Notes under the pieces: model-generated
What the model saw: only the letters and a program-made list of their open reading frames with translations
Database searches by the model: none
What the model was told of the DNA's origin: nothing
Shown here: in pieces, positions 8,605 through 18,925 of the stretch
Numbering within the stretch: the first letter of the stretch is position 1
How the letters are laid out: each line of letters opens with the position of its first letter
Sequence record: SRR20825019_1354
Strand: one strand, 5' to 3'
Length of the DNA stretch: 64,000 nucleotides
Made by a program: the position numbers and the translations under genes

Positions 8605-9882
8605 ATGGACCATTTCCAGTATAAAGACGGCGCGATGCATGCCGAAGATGTTGCCCTTTCGCAAATCGCGGAAGAGGTCGGCACACCGGTATATGTATAC
8701 TCGACGGCGACGCTCAGGCGTCACTACAGGGTTTTCAAGGAAGCCTTCGCCGACATTCAGCCGCTGATCTGCTTTGCGGTGAAAGCCAACAGCAACCAGG
8801 CGGTGCTGGCAACCCTTGCTCGTGAGGGTGCGGGGGCGGATGTGGTGAGCCTGGGAGAGCTGATGCGCGCTCTCAAGGCTGGCATACCCGGTGAGCGCAT
8901 CGTCTTTTCAGGTGTTGGTAAAACCGATGAGGAAATGGAAGCCGCGCTCCACGCTGGCATCAAGCAGTTCAGTGTGGAAAGCGAAGCCGAGCTTGAGGCA
9001 CTAAATGTGGTTGCTGGCCAGCTCGGCAAAGTCGCCCCTGTTTCAATTCGGGTTAACCCGGACGTGGACGCCATGACCCACGCGAAAATTTCAACAGGCA
9101 AGTCTGAGAATAAATTCGGCATCGCGTGGCAAAAGGCAGATTCGGTCTATGCCCGGATCAAAGAACTTCAGCATGTGAAAGCCGTTGCCGTTAACCTGCA
9201 CATCGGCTCACAGCTCACCAGGCTTGAGCCCTTCAAAGAAGCCTTCACCCGCGTGGTCGCGCTCGTGAAAGACCTGCGCGCCAAAGGGCATGACATCACG
9301 CATATCGACCTCGGGGGCGGCCTTGGCATTCCTTATGACCCTGAGGCGGAAGCCCCGCCTGCCCCTAGCGCTTATGGCGAGATGATCCAGGACGTTATGG
9401 GGAATATCGACTGTGACATCATCCTTGAGCCCGGCCGTTTGATTGCTGGCAATGCGGGCGTTCTGCTCAGCAAGACAATCTATGAGAAGCGTGGTGAAAA
9501 CCGTATTTTCTATATCATAGACGCCGCAATGAACGACCTGACCCGGCCCGCGATGTATGACGCCTACCACGCTATTGCGCCTGTGGTTGAACCTTCATCA
9601 GCCGAGACAGCTGTGGCGGATTTTGTCGGCCCCGTGTGTGAAAGCAGCGACGTATTCGCGAAAGACCGCAAGACAACACCGCTTAAAAGCGGGGACCTGG
9701 TGGTGATCAAATCGGCGGGAGCTTACGGTGCTGTGATGGCCTCAACCTACAACAGCCGCCCGTTGGTGCCCGAGGTGCTGGTGGACGGTGACAGGTTCGC
9801 GGTGATCAGGAAGCGTCAGTCGCTTGAGGACTTGCTGGCGCTCGATACCTTGCCGTCCTGGCTGTCTGACGACGAGGTCTGA
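8605..9882 (+). CDS. lysA: Diaminopimelate decarboxylase
   Basis: FAVKAN (PLP Lys), HIGSQ, DLGGG, EPGR, GPVCESSD, GAYG motifs. Confidence 0.98.
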   Translation: MDHFQYKDGAMHAEDVALSQIAEEVGTPVYVYSTATLRRHYRVFKEAFADIQPLICFAVKANSNQAVLATLAREGAGADVVSLGELMRALKAGIPGERIVFSGVGKTDEEMEAALHAGIKQFSVESEAELEALNVVAGQLGKVAPVSIRVNPDVDAMTHAKISTGKSENKFGIAWQKADSVYARIKELQHVKAVAVNLHIGSQLTRLEPFKEAFTRVVALVKDLRAKGHDITHIDLGGGLGIPYDPEAEAPPAPSAYGEMIQDVMGNIDCDIILEPGRLIAGNAGVLLSKTIYEKRGENRIFYIIDAAMNDLTRPAMYDAYHAIAPVVEPSSAETAVADFVGPVCESSDVFAKDRKTTPLKSGDLVVIKSAGAYGAVMASTYNSRPLVPEVLVDGDRFAVIRKRQSLEDLLALDTLPSWLSDDEV

Positions 9883-10277
9883 AGAACCTCTTCCGTTTCA
9901 TCCCGCTCCTGCTTGCGCCGGTTGGCAAGAGCCTTGTTAACGGCGCCCAACAGTTGGTCCATGGTGAAGGGTTTTGAAAGAAGCCCTTCAATAAGGAGCG
10001 ACAGGTTATGGGCGCGCTGGCGCTCATTCGCAAAACCGGTCATCAAAATAATGGGAACATGTGGGCGCGTTGCCCGTACCTTGAGCGCAAGGGAAATACC
10101 GTCCATCATCGGCATCGCAATGTCTGAAACCAGCAGGTCGAAGTGATGGTCGTTCATCAGCTCCACAGCCTGCGCACCGTCACTGGCCACGAGGACCGTG
10201 TGCCCATGCAGGTTTAAGGCGCGGCTAACATAGTCGCGAACAGTTTCTTCATCTTCAACAACCAATACCCGTGCCAC
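9816..10277 (-). CDS. Single-domain response regulator, CpdR-like
   Basis: VVEDE, DLLVSDIAMP (phospho-Asp), MTG, KPF; no output domain. Confidence 0.85.
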   Translation of the reverse strand: MARVLVVEDEETVRDYVSRALNLHGHTVLVASDGAQAVELMNDHHFDLLVSDIAMPMMDGISLALKVRATRPHVPIILMTGFANERQRAHNLSLLIEGLLSKPFTMDQLLGAVNKALANRRKQERDETEEVLQTSSSDSQDGKVSSASKSSSD

Positions 10278-10313
10278 TGGGGTTTACTCCCACAAAAGAA
10301 ACGGCATTGCTTT

Positions 10314-10868
10314 TTATGCCCGGCCCATTTTGCCTATGAAAGGCAATTCCCGGTATCTGTATGCAATGTCCATTCCATATCCGATAACAAATATATCGGG
10401 GCACTCAAAACCAACAAAATCAGGCTTGATATTAGTTGTCCGGCCGTTACTTTTGTCAAGTAATACAACACTGGTTACACTTTCTGCCCCCAGTGAAAGA
10501 AAATACTTCCTTGCGAACTCCAACGTCTTGCCATGCTCATAGATGTCATCAATCACGAGAACATCTCGTCCCTCTACCGGCAGATCTGACGCCGATATAA
10601 GCTTAACAGAGCTCGTTTTTCTGTCTTTTTCAAGGCGAATAAAGTCCATCTCCATGACGCATCCACGCGCAGACATAGCCCGCGTCAGATCAGCTGCAAA
10701 CATCATCGCACCGTTCATCACCACCTGTGCAACCGGCTCTGTATCAAACCATCGGGTAAGCCGTGCGGCAAGATCTTCGACCTTTGCGACAATTTCCTCA
10801 GCCGTAAACACCGGCTCGATGCCATGATGTGCATCGCCCGCTTTATTCCAATCGAAGAAATAATCCAT
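10314..10868 (-). CDS. hpt: Hypoxanthine phosphoribosyltransferase family protein (divergent)
   Basis: FAADL, VLVIDDI PRPP-binding motif, LLDK, FVIGYGMD..YRELP. Confidence 0.8.
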   Translation of the reverse strand: MDYFFDWNKAGDAHHGIEPVFTAEEIVAKVEDLAARLTRWFDTEPVAQVVMNGAMMFAADLTRAMSARGCVMEMDFIRLEKDRKTSSVKLISASDLPVEGRDVLVIDDIYEHGKTLEFARKYFLSLGAESVTSVVLLDKSNGRTTNIKPDFVGFECPDIFVIGYGMDIAYRYRELPFIGKMGRA

Positions 10869-11941
10869 CAGGGTGTCTGTGCTTCTGCCGCCGAGCGACT
10901 GCCTTCAATGGCCTTCACGGCTACGTTGGCCGCACCGCTTGGGATAGGATAAAGGCTGGTTTCAAAATTCAGGATCGCGCCCCGACGAAGGATGCGGCCC
11001 GGTGGGTCAGTCACCCAACTGGTAAGCACCCGTTTATTGCCATCCAGAACTTCCACGCTTACCTGCGGCACCGTCGCAGACCGTGTTTTGCTTGTATTCT
11101 GGATATAGCCGCGCACCATCAGCGTATTGCGGCCATCAATCTCTTCCACCTTGGTGCGATCATTATAGAGAGCGGCGCTTACATATACTTCGGCCTCGCC
11201 AAGCGGGGTGGAAACCTCTTCCCCCTCTTCGGGTTGGAAACGTTCAACATCGCTCACACCCTCAAACATCTCATAAAAACCTGCCATGCCGGGCATCTTG
11301 TAGATGACTTCTTCCTTTTTGAAGACCAGCAGATAAAGAACCACCAACCAGAAAACGAGAAGCAAACCCCAAAGCGCTGTCAGCAATTTGCGTTTGCGTG
11401 CCGCTGACTGACGCTCCGCCTGACGGCGCTGTTCCGCACGACGCCGGGCCAGAAAGTCGTCTTCGTCATACTGGTCATCATCACCATTGTCGCCGGCACC
11501 ACCTTCGTGATCCTCAGCATAGTCGTCGTCTTCATCAAACTCTGAGCCAAAGTTGGCTTTCAACACAGCACCAACACCGAAATCATCACCATCCATCTTG
11601 GTGCTGGGTTCCGGGGCAGAGCGAACGTCGCCGTCATCATCGTAGATATCGTCTTCCACCGGAGGCGGCGGGGCATAGTCTGCGGGGTCGTCCTGCACTG
11701 TCCGGCGCACAGCGGCCGCACGGGCGGCCATGCCTGCGTCCATCTCCGGCGGCGGCGAAGCAGGGCTTGGTACTACGGGTCGCGCTGGTGCAGGTACCGC
11801 GGCAGGGCGGGCAAGTATCTGGTCAGGCAGCGCACGCCAGCTGTGCTTGCACTTTGCGCACCGCACGGTACGACCATCTGGCGGAATAGCGCCGTCGGGA
11901 ACTTTAAATTTTGCCTCGCACGACGGACAAACAAGGATCAT
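10868..11941 (-). CDS. MJ0042-type zinc-ribbon membrane protein with DUF3426-like periplasmic domain (ZitP-like)
   Basis: N-terminal CPSC..GRTVRCAKC..W, Pro/Asp-rich linker, single TM, C-terminal beta domain; divergent from ftsE. Confidence 0.85.
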   Translation of the reverse strand: MILVCPSCEAKFKVPDGAIPPDGRTVRCAKCKHSWRALPDQILARPAAVPAPARPVVPSPASPPPEMDAGMAARAAAVRRTVQDDPADYAPPPPVEDDIYDDDGDVRSAPEPSTKMDGDDFGVGAVLKANFGSEFDEDDDYAEDHEGGAGDNGDDDQYDEDDFLARRRAEQRRQAERQSAARKRKLLTALWGLLLVFWLVVLYLLVFKKEEVIYKMPGMAGFYEMFEGVSDVERFQPEEGEEVSTPLGEAEVYVSAALYNDRTKVEEIDGRNTLMVRGYIQNTSKTRSATVPQVSVEVLDGNKRVLTSWVTDPPGRILRRGAILNFETSLYPIPSGAANVAVKAIEGSRSAAEAQTP

Positions 11942-12092
11942 ATGACAAGCCCGGACCTGATTTTGGGCTCAAAGCGCCGGGCCTTGAGCCGCGTTTTATA
12001 ATGCCCGTCAACTGTATATGAAATCAGGCAAAAAAGACAAGCGCCTCGGCGCATTCAGGCAACAAAGACCATACAGCTTCTTGGAAGCTGCC

Positions 12093-12107
12093 TTAAATAA
12101 GCGCTAA
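12093..12107 (+). promoter_or_regulatory. CtrA-like site upstream of ftsE
   Basis: TTAA-ATAAGCG-CTAA, one mismatch to TTAA-N7-TTAA. Confidence 0.4.
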
Positions 12108-12183
12108 TCTGCGCCATAAAATTGCCCGCTGGACGGATAAGATGCCATGTGCAATTCTGCCCGCCGAGATCGTGGGAGCAGTA

Positions 12184-12870
12184 ATGATTACCTTTGAGAA
12201 TGTGGGCATGCGATACGGCATGGGAGCCGAGGTCCTTAAGGATGTCAGCTTTACCCTTGATCGCGGCTCATTTCATTTCCTTGTAGGGCCATCCGGCGCA
12301 GGCAAAACCACCCTCCTCAAGCTCTTGTATCTGGCGCATCGTCCCTCCCGCGGGCTGATCAATTTTTTTGGCCGGGACCTGATGACCCAGGAACGTGACG
12401 CCCTGCCCCGCCTCCGCCGCCGCATTGGTGTTGTGTTTCAGGACTTCCGCCTGTTTGATCATATGACCGCCTTTGAGAATGTGGCACTGCCGCTGCGCAT
12501 TCAGGGCGCCAAACGCGCGCAGGTCGCTGACCATGTGGAAGAACTGCTTTCATGGGTTGGGCTGGAAGACCGCATGCACGCCCGTCCCGCCACACTATCC
12601 GGCGGTGAAAAACAGCGGGTGGCCATAGCGCGCGCGGTTATCAACAAACCGGACCTGCTGGTTGCGGATGAACCCACCGGTAACGTGGACCCTGAGATGT
12701 CCCGCCGTCTGATGCATCTGTTTGTGGCGCTCAATAAAGAAGGTACAACAACCGTTGTCGCCACCCACGACGACCATCTGGTGCAAAGTATCGGTGCGCC
12801 TACCCTCAAGCTGGACAAGGGCGAAATGTCCTTCCTGCCTGGCGGCACACCGATTGACCCGGGAGCCTAG
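12184..12870 (+). CDS. ftsE: Cell division ATP-binding protein FtsE
   Basis: [38 protein letters not shown] precedes ATG 12184. Confidence 0.95.
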   Translation: MITFENVGMRYGMGAEVLKDVSFTLDRGSFHFLVGPSGAGKTTLLKLLYLAHRPSRGLINFFGRDLMTQERDALPRLRRRIGVVFQDFRLFDHMTAFENVALPLRIQGAKRAQVADHVEELLSWVGLEDRMHARPATLSGGEKQRVAIARAVINKPDLLVADEPTGNVDPEMSRRLMHLFVALNKEGTTTVVATHDDHLVQSIGAPTLKLDKGEMSFLPGGTPIDPGA

Positions 12871-12873
12871 GCT

Positions 12874-13752
12874 ATGTGGGGACGCACGCTTCAATTCCTG
12901 CCCAGAGAGAATATGCGCGAAGGCCTGCTGCCGTGGGTTATTGGCGTAATGCTATTTCTGTGCACCCTTGCGCTTGCGTGCGGCCTTGCCCTTGGCAAAG
13001 GCCTGGACCGCTGGAGCGCCGGGTTGACCACAAATCTGACCGTTCAGATCGTGGTGGAAGACAAGGCGGTACGCGAACGCCAGACACAGGCCGCACTCAC
13101 GCTTCTGCGCGCCACACCGGGCGTGGTAGAAGCCAGCGTGTTGGCCGATGCTGATATTGTTGCGCTGCTTTCGCCCTGGCTTGGCGAGGTACCGTTTGAC
13201 GCAGGTTTGCCAATCCCCACACTGATTGATGTGAAACTTGCAAAGCCCGATGCCGTGAATACAGCAGGCCTCAGGGAACGGTTGGTTGCCGCTGCCTCCG
13301 GCGCGCAGCTGGATGACCATCAGGCATGGATGGGGCAGGTACTTGACCTCGCCGCCGTCGTCCGCTTGCTGCTGGCTGGTATTGTGGTGATGGTGGTGCT
13401 TTGTACCATCGCTATTGTAATATTTGGTTGCCGTGCGGGCCTCGCAACCCACAGGGAAAGCATTGAAATCATGCACCTGATGGGCGCTGAGGACAGCACC
13501 ATCTCCAAAGCGTTTGACGAGCGATATCTCTCCCACGGCCTCAAAGGCGGGCTATTGGGTGTGCTACTGGCAGCGCTAACGCTCTATCTGATCTCTCATT
13601 TGGCGGAGCGTATGGGCCAAGGGCTTTTAACGGCCACCCTGCCCACAAGCGACAATCTTTTATGGCTATCCCTGCTGCCGCTCGTATCAGCAGCACTTAC
13701 CATGGTGACGGCACGCATCACGGTGCGCCGCGCCCTGCTTCATATGATGTAG
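12874..13752 (+). CDS. ftsX: Cell division permease FtsX
   Basis: Four TM segments, LPIPTLIDV, DDH..W, IEIMHLMGA; follows ftsE. Confidence 0.9.
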   Translation: MWGRTLQFLPRENMREGLLPWVIGVMLFLCTLALACGLALGKGLDRWSAGLTTNLTVQIVVEDKAVRERQTQAALTLLRATPGVVEASVLADADIVALLSPWLGEVPFDAGLPIPTLIDVKLAKPDAVNTAGLRERLVAAASGAQLDDHQAWMGQVLDLAAVVRLLLAGIVVMVVLCTIAIVIFGCRAGLATHRESIEIMHLMGAEDSTISKAFDERYLSHGLKGGLLGVLLAALTLYLISHLAERMGQGLLTATLPTSDNLLWLSLLPLVSAALTMVTARITVRRALLHMM

Positions 13753-13762
13753 GTGATAGACC

Positions 13763-14323
13763 ATGCCAAAGGCCAAATCATCCAAACTGAGAGTGCTTGT
13801 TAAAGCCACCATCTATCTTTGTGTGGCGTGGCTTCTGGGTTTTGGGCTCTATTTTATCCAGCTGCCGAAGAACTCAGCGAAGGATGAACGCGTCGATGCG
13901 ATTGTCGTGCTCACGGGCGGCGCAGGGCGTCTGGAAGAAGGTCTTGCCCTTCTGGAGCATGGTGCCGCAAAACGCATGTTGATCTCGGGCGTGAACCCTG
14001 TGGTCAAAAGCGATGAATTAAGCGCGCTAACGGGCACCGAACAAGCGCTCTTCAACTGCTGTGTGGACCTCGGGAAAGCTGCGCTCAACACAGAGGGAAA
14101 CGCGCTTGAAACCGCCGAGTGGACGCTTGAGAATAAGGTCAGCACCCTCATTCTGGTAACGGCTGATTATCATATGCCGCGCACGCTCATCCTCTTTGAA
14201 GCGGCAATGCCTGATGTTATGATCATCGCCCACCCGGTAAGCGGTGAGTGGCCGCTCCTTTTTCTTGCCAAAGAATACAGTAAATATATCGTCACATTAG
14301 TTCGCCACGCGGCCTATAGCTGA
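13763..14323 (+). CDS. YdcF/DUF218 family protein
   Basis: DAIVVLTGG..R, ISGV, NTEGNA, VTADYHMPR, EYSK motifs. Confidence 0.9.
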   Translation: MPKAKSSKLRVLVKATIYLCVAWLLGFGLYFIQLPKNSAKDERVDAIVVLTGGAGRLEEGLALLEHGAAKRMLISGVNPVVKSDELSALTGTEQALFNCCVDLGKAALNTEGNALETAEWTLENKVSTLILVTADYHMPRTLILFEAAMPDVMIIAHPVSGEWPLLFLAKEYSKYIVTLVRHAAYS

Positions 14324-14342
14324 ACAACGAACAGGGAATAAA

Positions 14343-15290
14343 ATGACCAAATTGCGCGCTCTTGTCGGTCTCATCTTCATCGCCATACTCGTCTATTCTG
14401 GCCTTTGGTACACCTCGGCCTTCAAGGCCGAGAAAGCTGCGGCCATGCAGCTCGCGGATCTTCGCGACCAGGGCCTTAGGGTTGAGCATGGCAAGATCAA
14501 GCTTTCAGGTTTTCCCTACCGGATTGTGCTGACAATTGATGGCCTTAGCGTCAAGACACGCGCGGAGGGGCTCGATTTCGGCGCTGAAAGCGTGACCCTT
14601 ATCAGCCACCTCTGGACACCGGGCCACTGGATGGTTGAGGCGCGCGCTACATCGCTTGAGGCTGCACAGGGCGCGATTGCAGTAAAAGACGGTTACGTGC
14701 GCGCGAGCTTCAAACGCCACGGCGAGCAGCAAGCTGTTATCGCGATCGACTCGCTCACGACAGATGATTTCACCATCGAGGCCGCGCCCGGTATTGACGG
14801 ACCAATCTCACTCAAGGACTGGCAACTTTTCCTACGGTATGATGGTCAAGCCGAACCGACAGACGGGCTTTATGAAAAGCGCTTCCTGGACTTCAAACTA
14901 ACGCTGGATAGCGGCAACCGTTTTGAAGTGATGGGCGGCGTCATGGGCCCGGGTCTCAAGGATTGGACCCCCAGTGCGCTTGGCGCCTGGCGGGATGCCG
15001 GTGGCCTTGTGGAGTTTGACACCATAGACCTCGCAGTGCGCGGGGCGCGCGTTAAAGGGAACGGCAGCCTGACGCTGGACGAGAACTTCATGCCACTGGG
15101 CAGTGCCAGCCTCGCCGTTGCTGGTGGTCCCGCGCTCGCGGATTACCTGAAAGAGTTTGGCGTTGATACGGGCGAGGCACTCTCAAGCCTCGGGAGCCAG
15201 GCAGAGACCATGCAGTTTATGGCGCAGATGGGCATCCTCAGCATCAACAATGGCAGTGTGCTCAGGCTCAAGCCGCTGGTTGAAGAGTAA
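14343..15290 (+). CDS. DUF2125-like protein
   Basis: N-terminal anchor with YSGLWY, SGFPYR, and WRDAGG motifs; usual neighbour of ftsEX-ydcF. Confidence 0.75.
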   Translation: MTKLRALVGLIFIAILVYSGLWYTSAFKAEKAAAMQLADLRDQGLRVEHGKIKLSGFPYRIVLTIDGLSVKTRAEGLDFGAESVTLISHLWTPGHWMVEARATSLEAAQGAIAVKDGYVRASFKRHGEQQAVIAIDSLTTDDFTIEAAPGIDGPISLKDWQLFLRYDGQAEPTDGLYEKRFLDFKLTLDSGNRFEVMGGVMGPGLKDWTPSALGAWRDAGGLVEFDTIDLAVRGARVKGNGSLTLDENFMPLGSASLAVAGGPALADYLKEFGVDTGEALSSLGSQAETMQFMAQMGILSINNGSVLRLKPLVEE

Positions 15291-15370
15291 CATTTCAGCC
15301 TTTTTTTACGCGCAATCGCCCTATGTTATAAATCAACAATCATACACGCCTTGGAAGGGGAGACCACGTC

Positions 15371-16237
15371 ATGAGCCTAAAGGGAAAAACAATTTTCATG
15401 AGTGGCGGCAGCCGCGGCATCGGGCTTGCTATTGCCCTGCGCGCAGCCAAAGACGGTGCGAATGTCGCTATCGGCGCCAAAACCGCTGAGCCCAACCCCA
15501 AACTACCCGGCACCATCTACACTGCCGCAGAAGAAATTGAAGCCGCAGGCGGCAAAGCACTGCCGCTCATATGTGATATCCGGTTCGAGGATCAGGTTCA
15601 GGCAGCGGTTGCCAAAACGGTTGAGACATTTGGTGGCATTGATATCTGCGTGAACAATGCGTCTGCTATCGCGCTGACCAATACCCAGATGACGGAGATG
15701 AAACGCTACGACCTGATGAACAACATAAACACCCGTGGCACCTTCCTTGTTTCCAAAACCTGTATCCCGCATCTGCTCAAGTCGGATAACCCGCATATCC
15801 TTACGCTGTCACCGCCGCTGGATATCAACCCACGCTGGTTTGCGCCGCATGTGGCCTATTCGATCGCAAAATACGGCATGAGCCTGTGCACACTTGGCAT
15901 GGCGGAAGAATATAAAGCGGCGGGCATTGCCGTAAACTCGCTGTGGCCGTTCACCGCAATTGATACCGCCGCAGTGCGCAACGTGATTGGTGGGGATGGC
16001 ATGGCAAAAAACAGCCGCACAACCGAGATCATGGCAGACGCGGCGCACGCCGTACTTGTGCGCAACAGCAAAGAATGCAGCGGCAATTTCTTTATCGACG
16101 AAGAAGTGTTGCGCGCGGAAGGCATGACGGATTTCTCGAAATACGCACCCCATGCAGACGGCCCGCTGGTGCCAGACTTCTTTGTGCCTGATGAAGTGGT
16201 GGAGCGCCTGCCAACCAAGCTGATGAAGGTCTGGTAG
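15371..16237 (+). CDS. SDR oxidoreductase, HSDL2/AtuG-like
   Basis: GGSRGIG, PKLPGTI, NNASAI, YSIAK (YxxxK), NSLWP motifs. Confidence 0.9.
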   Translation: MSLKGKTIFMSGGSRGIGLAIALRAAKDGANVAIGAKTAEPNPKLPGTIYTAAEEIEAAGGKALPLICDIRFEDQVQAAVAKTVETFGGIDICVNNASAIALTNTQMTEMKRYDLMNNINTRGTFLVSKTCIPHLLKSDNPHILTLSPPLDINPRWFAPHVAYSIAKYGMSLCTLGMAEEYKAAGIAVNSLWPFTAIDTAAVRNVIGGDGMAKNSRTTEIMADAAHAVLVRNSKECSGNFFIDEEVLRAEGMTDFSKYAPHADGPLVPDFFVPDEVVERLPTKLMKVW

Positions 16238-16278
16238 GGACTAAACCCACGCTGCCACGGATGGTTGACGTTTGTGTC

Positions 16279-16893
16279 TTAGGTTCGCGAGAGCACAAGC
16301 TTCAACCCAGCCGCGCCAAAAAGCAGGCCGCAGGCCGCCTGCACCGGACGCCGCGCTTTCAGGTATCCGGTCATTGCCCTACGGGTAGAAAACACAAAGG
16401 CGTAAACCGTGAACACCACAGCGCCCAAAAGGCTACATACCACAAGAATCGTGGGGGCTACCCATACGGGCGATCCTTCGTTCATGCCAATTGTCAGAAT
16501 AGAACCCCACACCAGCACCGCCTTGGGGTTGGTAAGGTGAAGCAGCAATCCTTTCAGAAAATACCCTTCACTGGCGATGGAGCCGATAGCCTGTTGGTCA
16601 GGCTGCAGCGCAGCACAGAAAGACTTATAAGCAAGCCATAGCAGATATGCTCCGCCTACAAATTTCAGGACAAAAAGGGCAGAGGCAACTTCGCTCATCA
16701 CAACCGACAGGCCGAGCGTTGCGGCGATACCCCAAAGAACCGACCCCGTCATAACGCCTGCCGCAAGGCGGAGCCCTGCCGCGCGGCCAGCACCCGCTGC
16801 TGTCATCATGATCGTCAGGATTGCTGGTCCCGGGCTCGCAGTACCAATCACATATGCAAGAAAGGACAGCAAAAGCGGGCCCAGCGTTTCCAT
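16279..16893 (-). CDS. LysE/RhtB family exporter
   Basis: SPGP, GGAYLLWL, LTNPKA motifs; hydrophobic. Confidence 0.9.
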   Translation of the reverse strand: METLGPLLLSFLAYVIGTASPGPAILTIMMTAAGAGRAAGLRLAAGVMTGSVLWGIAATLGLSVVMSEVASALFVLKFVGGAYLLWLAYKSFCAALQPDQQAIGSIASEGYFLKGLLLHLTNPKAVLVWGSILTIGMNEGSPVWVAPTILVVCSLLGAVVFTVYAFVFSTRRAMTGYLKARRPVQAACGLLFGAAGLKLVLSRT

Positions 16894-16896
16894 GGC

Positions 16897-17820
16897 CTAT
16901 TCCTCGTGAGGGCGGCCAAAATCCGCCTTCGCGTCATCCTGCCCTGCGTCAATAATGCGACGGCGAACCTCTCGCGTGCGGGAGAACAGGTCAAACAGCG
17001 CATCGCCATCACCCCAGCGAATGGCACGTTGAAGGGCCGTCAGGTCCTCACTGAAGCGACCGAGCATTTCAAGCACCGCGTCTTTGTTGTTGAGGAAAAC
17101 ATCCCGCCACATGGTGGGGTCTGAGGCCGCGATCCGGGTAAAATCCCGGAAACCACCCGCTGAGTATTTGATCACTTCGGAGCGGGTGACCTCTTCAAGG
17201 TCAGAGGCTGTGCCGACAATGTTATAAGCAATGAGATGCGGCACATGCGAGGTGATCGCGAGCACGAGGTCATGATGCCGCGCTTCCATAATCTCAACGG
17301 TGCTGCCAAGCCCCTGCCAGAACGCGGTGAGCTTGTCGACAGCGCTTTGGTCAACTTCTTCATCAGGTGTAAGGATGCACCAGCGACCGTCGAACAAGGA
17401 CGCAAAACCAGCACCGGGGCCAGACTGCTCTGTACCCGCCACCGGATGGCCGGGAATGAGATGAACATGGCTTGGCAGCAAGGGTGACAGCGCTTTAAAA
17501 ACGCTTTCTTTCACAGAACCCACATCGCTCACGATGGCGCCATCCATAAGCGCTGGTGCCATCACCGCACCCACCGATGCCATGGCACCAACCGGCACCG
17601 CCAGCATCACAAGCCCTGCACCCGCGACGCCTTCTGCCGCGCCCAAGTGGTAGCTGTCAGCGAGGCCAAGTTCCTTCGCCTCACCGAGCACTTCAGGTGA
17701 CGCATCAACAATTGTCAGATGTCCGGCAAGTTTGCCCCGGCGCACAGCACGCGCGACCGACGACCCGATCAGCCCGGCGCCCACAATGGTGATGCGGTCA
17801 AAAAGAGGTGTATCAGCCAT
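16897..17820 (-). CDS. tyrA: Prephenate/arogenate (cyclohexadienyl) dehydrogenase
   Basis: GAGLIGSS, DVGSVK, HPVAGTE, HD...SHVPH, GGFRDFTRIA, MWRD; downstream of hisC. Confidence 0.95.
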   Translation of the reverse strand: MADTPLFDRITIVGAGLIGSSVARAVRRGKLAGHLTIVDASPEVLGEAKELGLADSYHLGAAEGVAGAGLVMLAVPVGAMASVGAVMAPALMDGAIVSDVGSVKESVFKALSPLLPSHVHLIPGHPVAGTEQSGPGAGFASLFDGRWCILTPDEEVDQSAVDKLTAFWQGLGSTVEIMEARHHDLVLAITSHVPHLIAYNIVGTASDLEEVTRSEVIKYSAGGFRDFTRIAASDPTMWRDVFLNNKDAVLEMLGRFSEDLTALQRAIRWGDGDALFDLFSRTREVRRRIIDAGQDDAKADFGRPHEE

Positions 17821-18925
17821 TGGCAGCCTCCTCTGCATCTGTGCCGCTCATGAACGCGGTGATCAGTTGGGTAACCGCTCGGTTCTGTTCATCAGTGCCA
17901 ACGGATATGCGCAGGTGGTGCGGCAACACAGGCAGTGCCCGTACGAGATAACCGTTAGCCGTGAGATATTCATTGCACGCAGCAGCCGTAAACGGCGCTT
18001 CGTGCGGGAACTCTACCAGAATGAAATTCGTCTCGCTGGGAACCACGTCAAGACCAAGTGCGCTCAGCTTCGCGGTCATCCAGTCACGCCATTCGTTGTT
18101 GTGGCGCACGGCAGCATCAAGGTGCTTCTGGTCATTCACTGCAGCAAGGGCCGCAACCTGCCCGGACAGGCACACATTAAAAGGCATGCGCCAGCGGTTC
18201 AGCGCATCTATCACCGCATCTGGGGCATAAAGCCAGCCAACCCGAAGACCGGCAAGCGCATACATTTTGGAAAACGTACGGGTCATCACCACATTGGAGG
18301 CAGAATCCACAAGGGCTTCACCCGCCTCATAGTCGCTTGCTGTCACACATTCCGCGTAAGCCGCATCAAGCACCAGCATCACATGGGCTGGCAAGCCCGC
18401 ATGCAGCCGCTCAACCTCGGACCACGGCAAATAGGCGCCGGTCGGATTATTGGGGTTATCAATGATCACCATGGTGGTGCGGTCCGTCACCGCCGCTAGA
18501 ATGCCGTCCACGTCCGCCGCCCAATCCTTGTTGGGCACCGCCACACCTGTGGCGCCGGCCGCCTGCGCTTGAATTGGGTAGACCATAAACCCGTAGGTGC
18601 TGAAGATCACCTCGTCGCCCGGTCCCGCATAGGTGTGAATGAGAAGTATGAGCCCTTCGTCTGAGCCCGCACCGCAGAGAATACGTTCAGCCTTCAGGCC
18701 ATGCACGTTGGCGATGGCTGCGCGCAGGTCATTTGAAGCCGGGTCAGGGTAGCGCATCACACCGCCTGCGGCGGCTTTGATAGCCTCAATCGCCTTGGGG
18801 CTTGGGCCAAATGCGCTTTCGTTCGCCGAAAGTTTGACGACTTTTTTCACACCGTCCGCATGTGAGCGTCCGGGCACATAAGGGGCTAGTCCCATAATCC
18901 AGTCATGTGCTTTAGGCGCGGGCAT
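17813..18925 (-). CDS. hisC: Histidinol-phosphate aminotransferase
   Basis: KLSANE, RYPD, GSDE, NPNNPTG, DAAY, RTFSK(PLP)MYALAGLRVG; GGGAG before ATG 18925. Confidence 0.95.
   Translation of the reverse strand: MPAPKAHDWIMGLAPYVPGRSHADGVKKVVKLSANESAFGPSPKAIEAIKAAAGGVMRYPDPASNDLRAAIANVHGLKAERILCGAGSDEGLILLIHTYAGPGDEVIFSTYGFMVYPIQAQAAGATGVAVPNKDWAADVDGILAAVTDRTTMVIIDNPNNPTGAYLPWSEVERLHAGLPAHVMLVLDAAYAECVTASDYEAGEALVDSASNVVMTRTFSKMYALAGLRVGWLYAPDAVIDALNRWRMPFNVCLSGQVAALAAVNDQKHLDAAVRHNNEWRDWMTAKLSALGLDVVPSETNFILVEFPHEAPFTAAACNEYLTANGYLVRALPVLPHHLRISVGTDEQNRAVTQLITAFMSGTDAEEAANG

Noticed and set aside
11440-11820. TCATC/GTC-rich low-complexity DNA as a repeat element
   Set aside because: It encodes the Asp- and Pro-rich linker of the ZitP-like protein.
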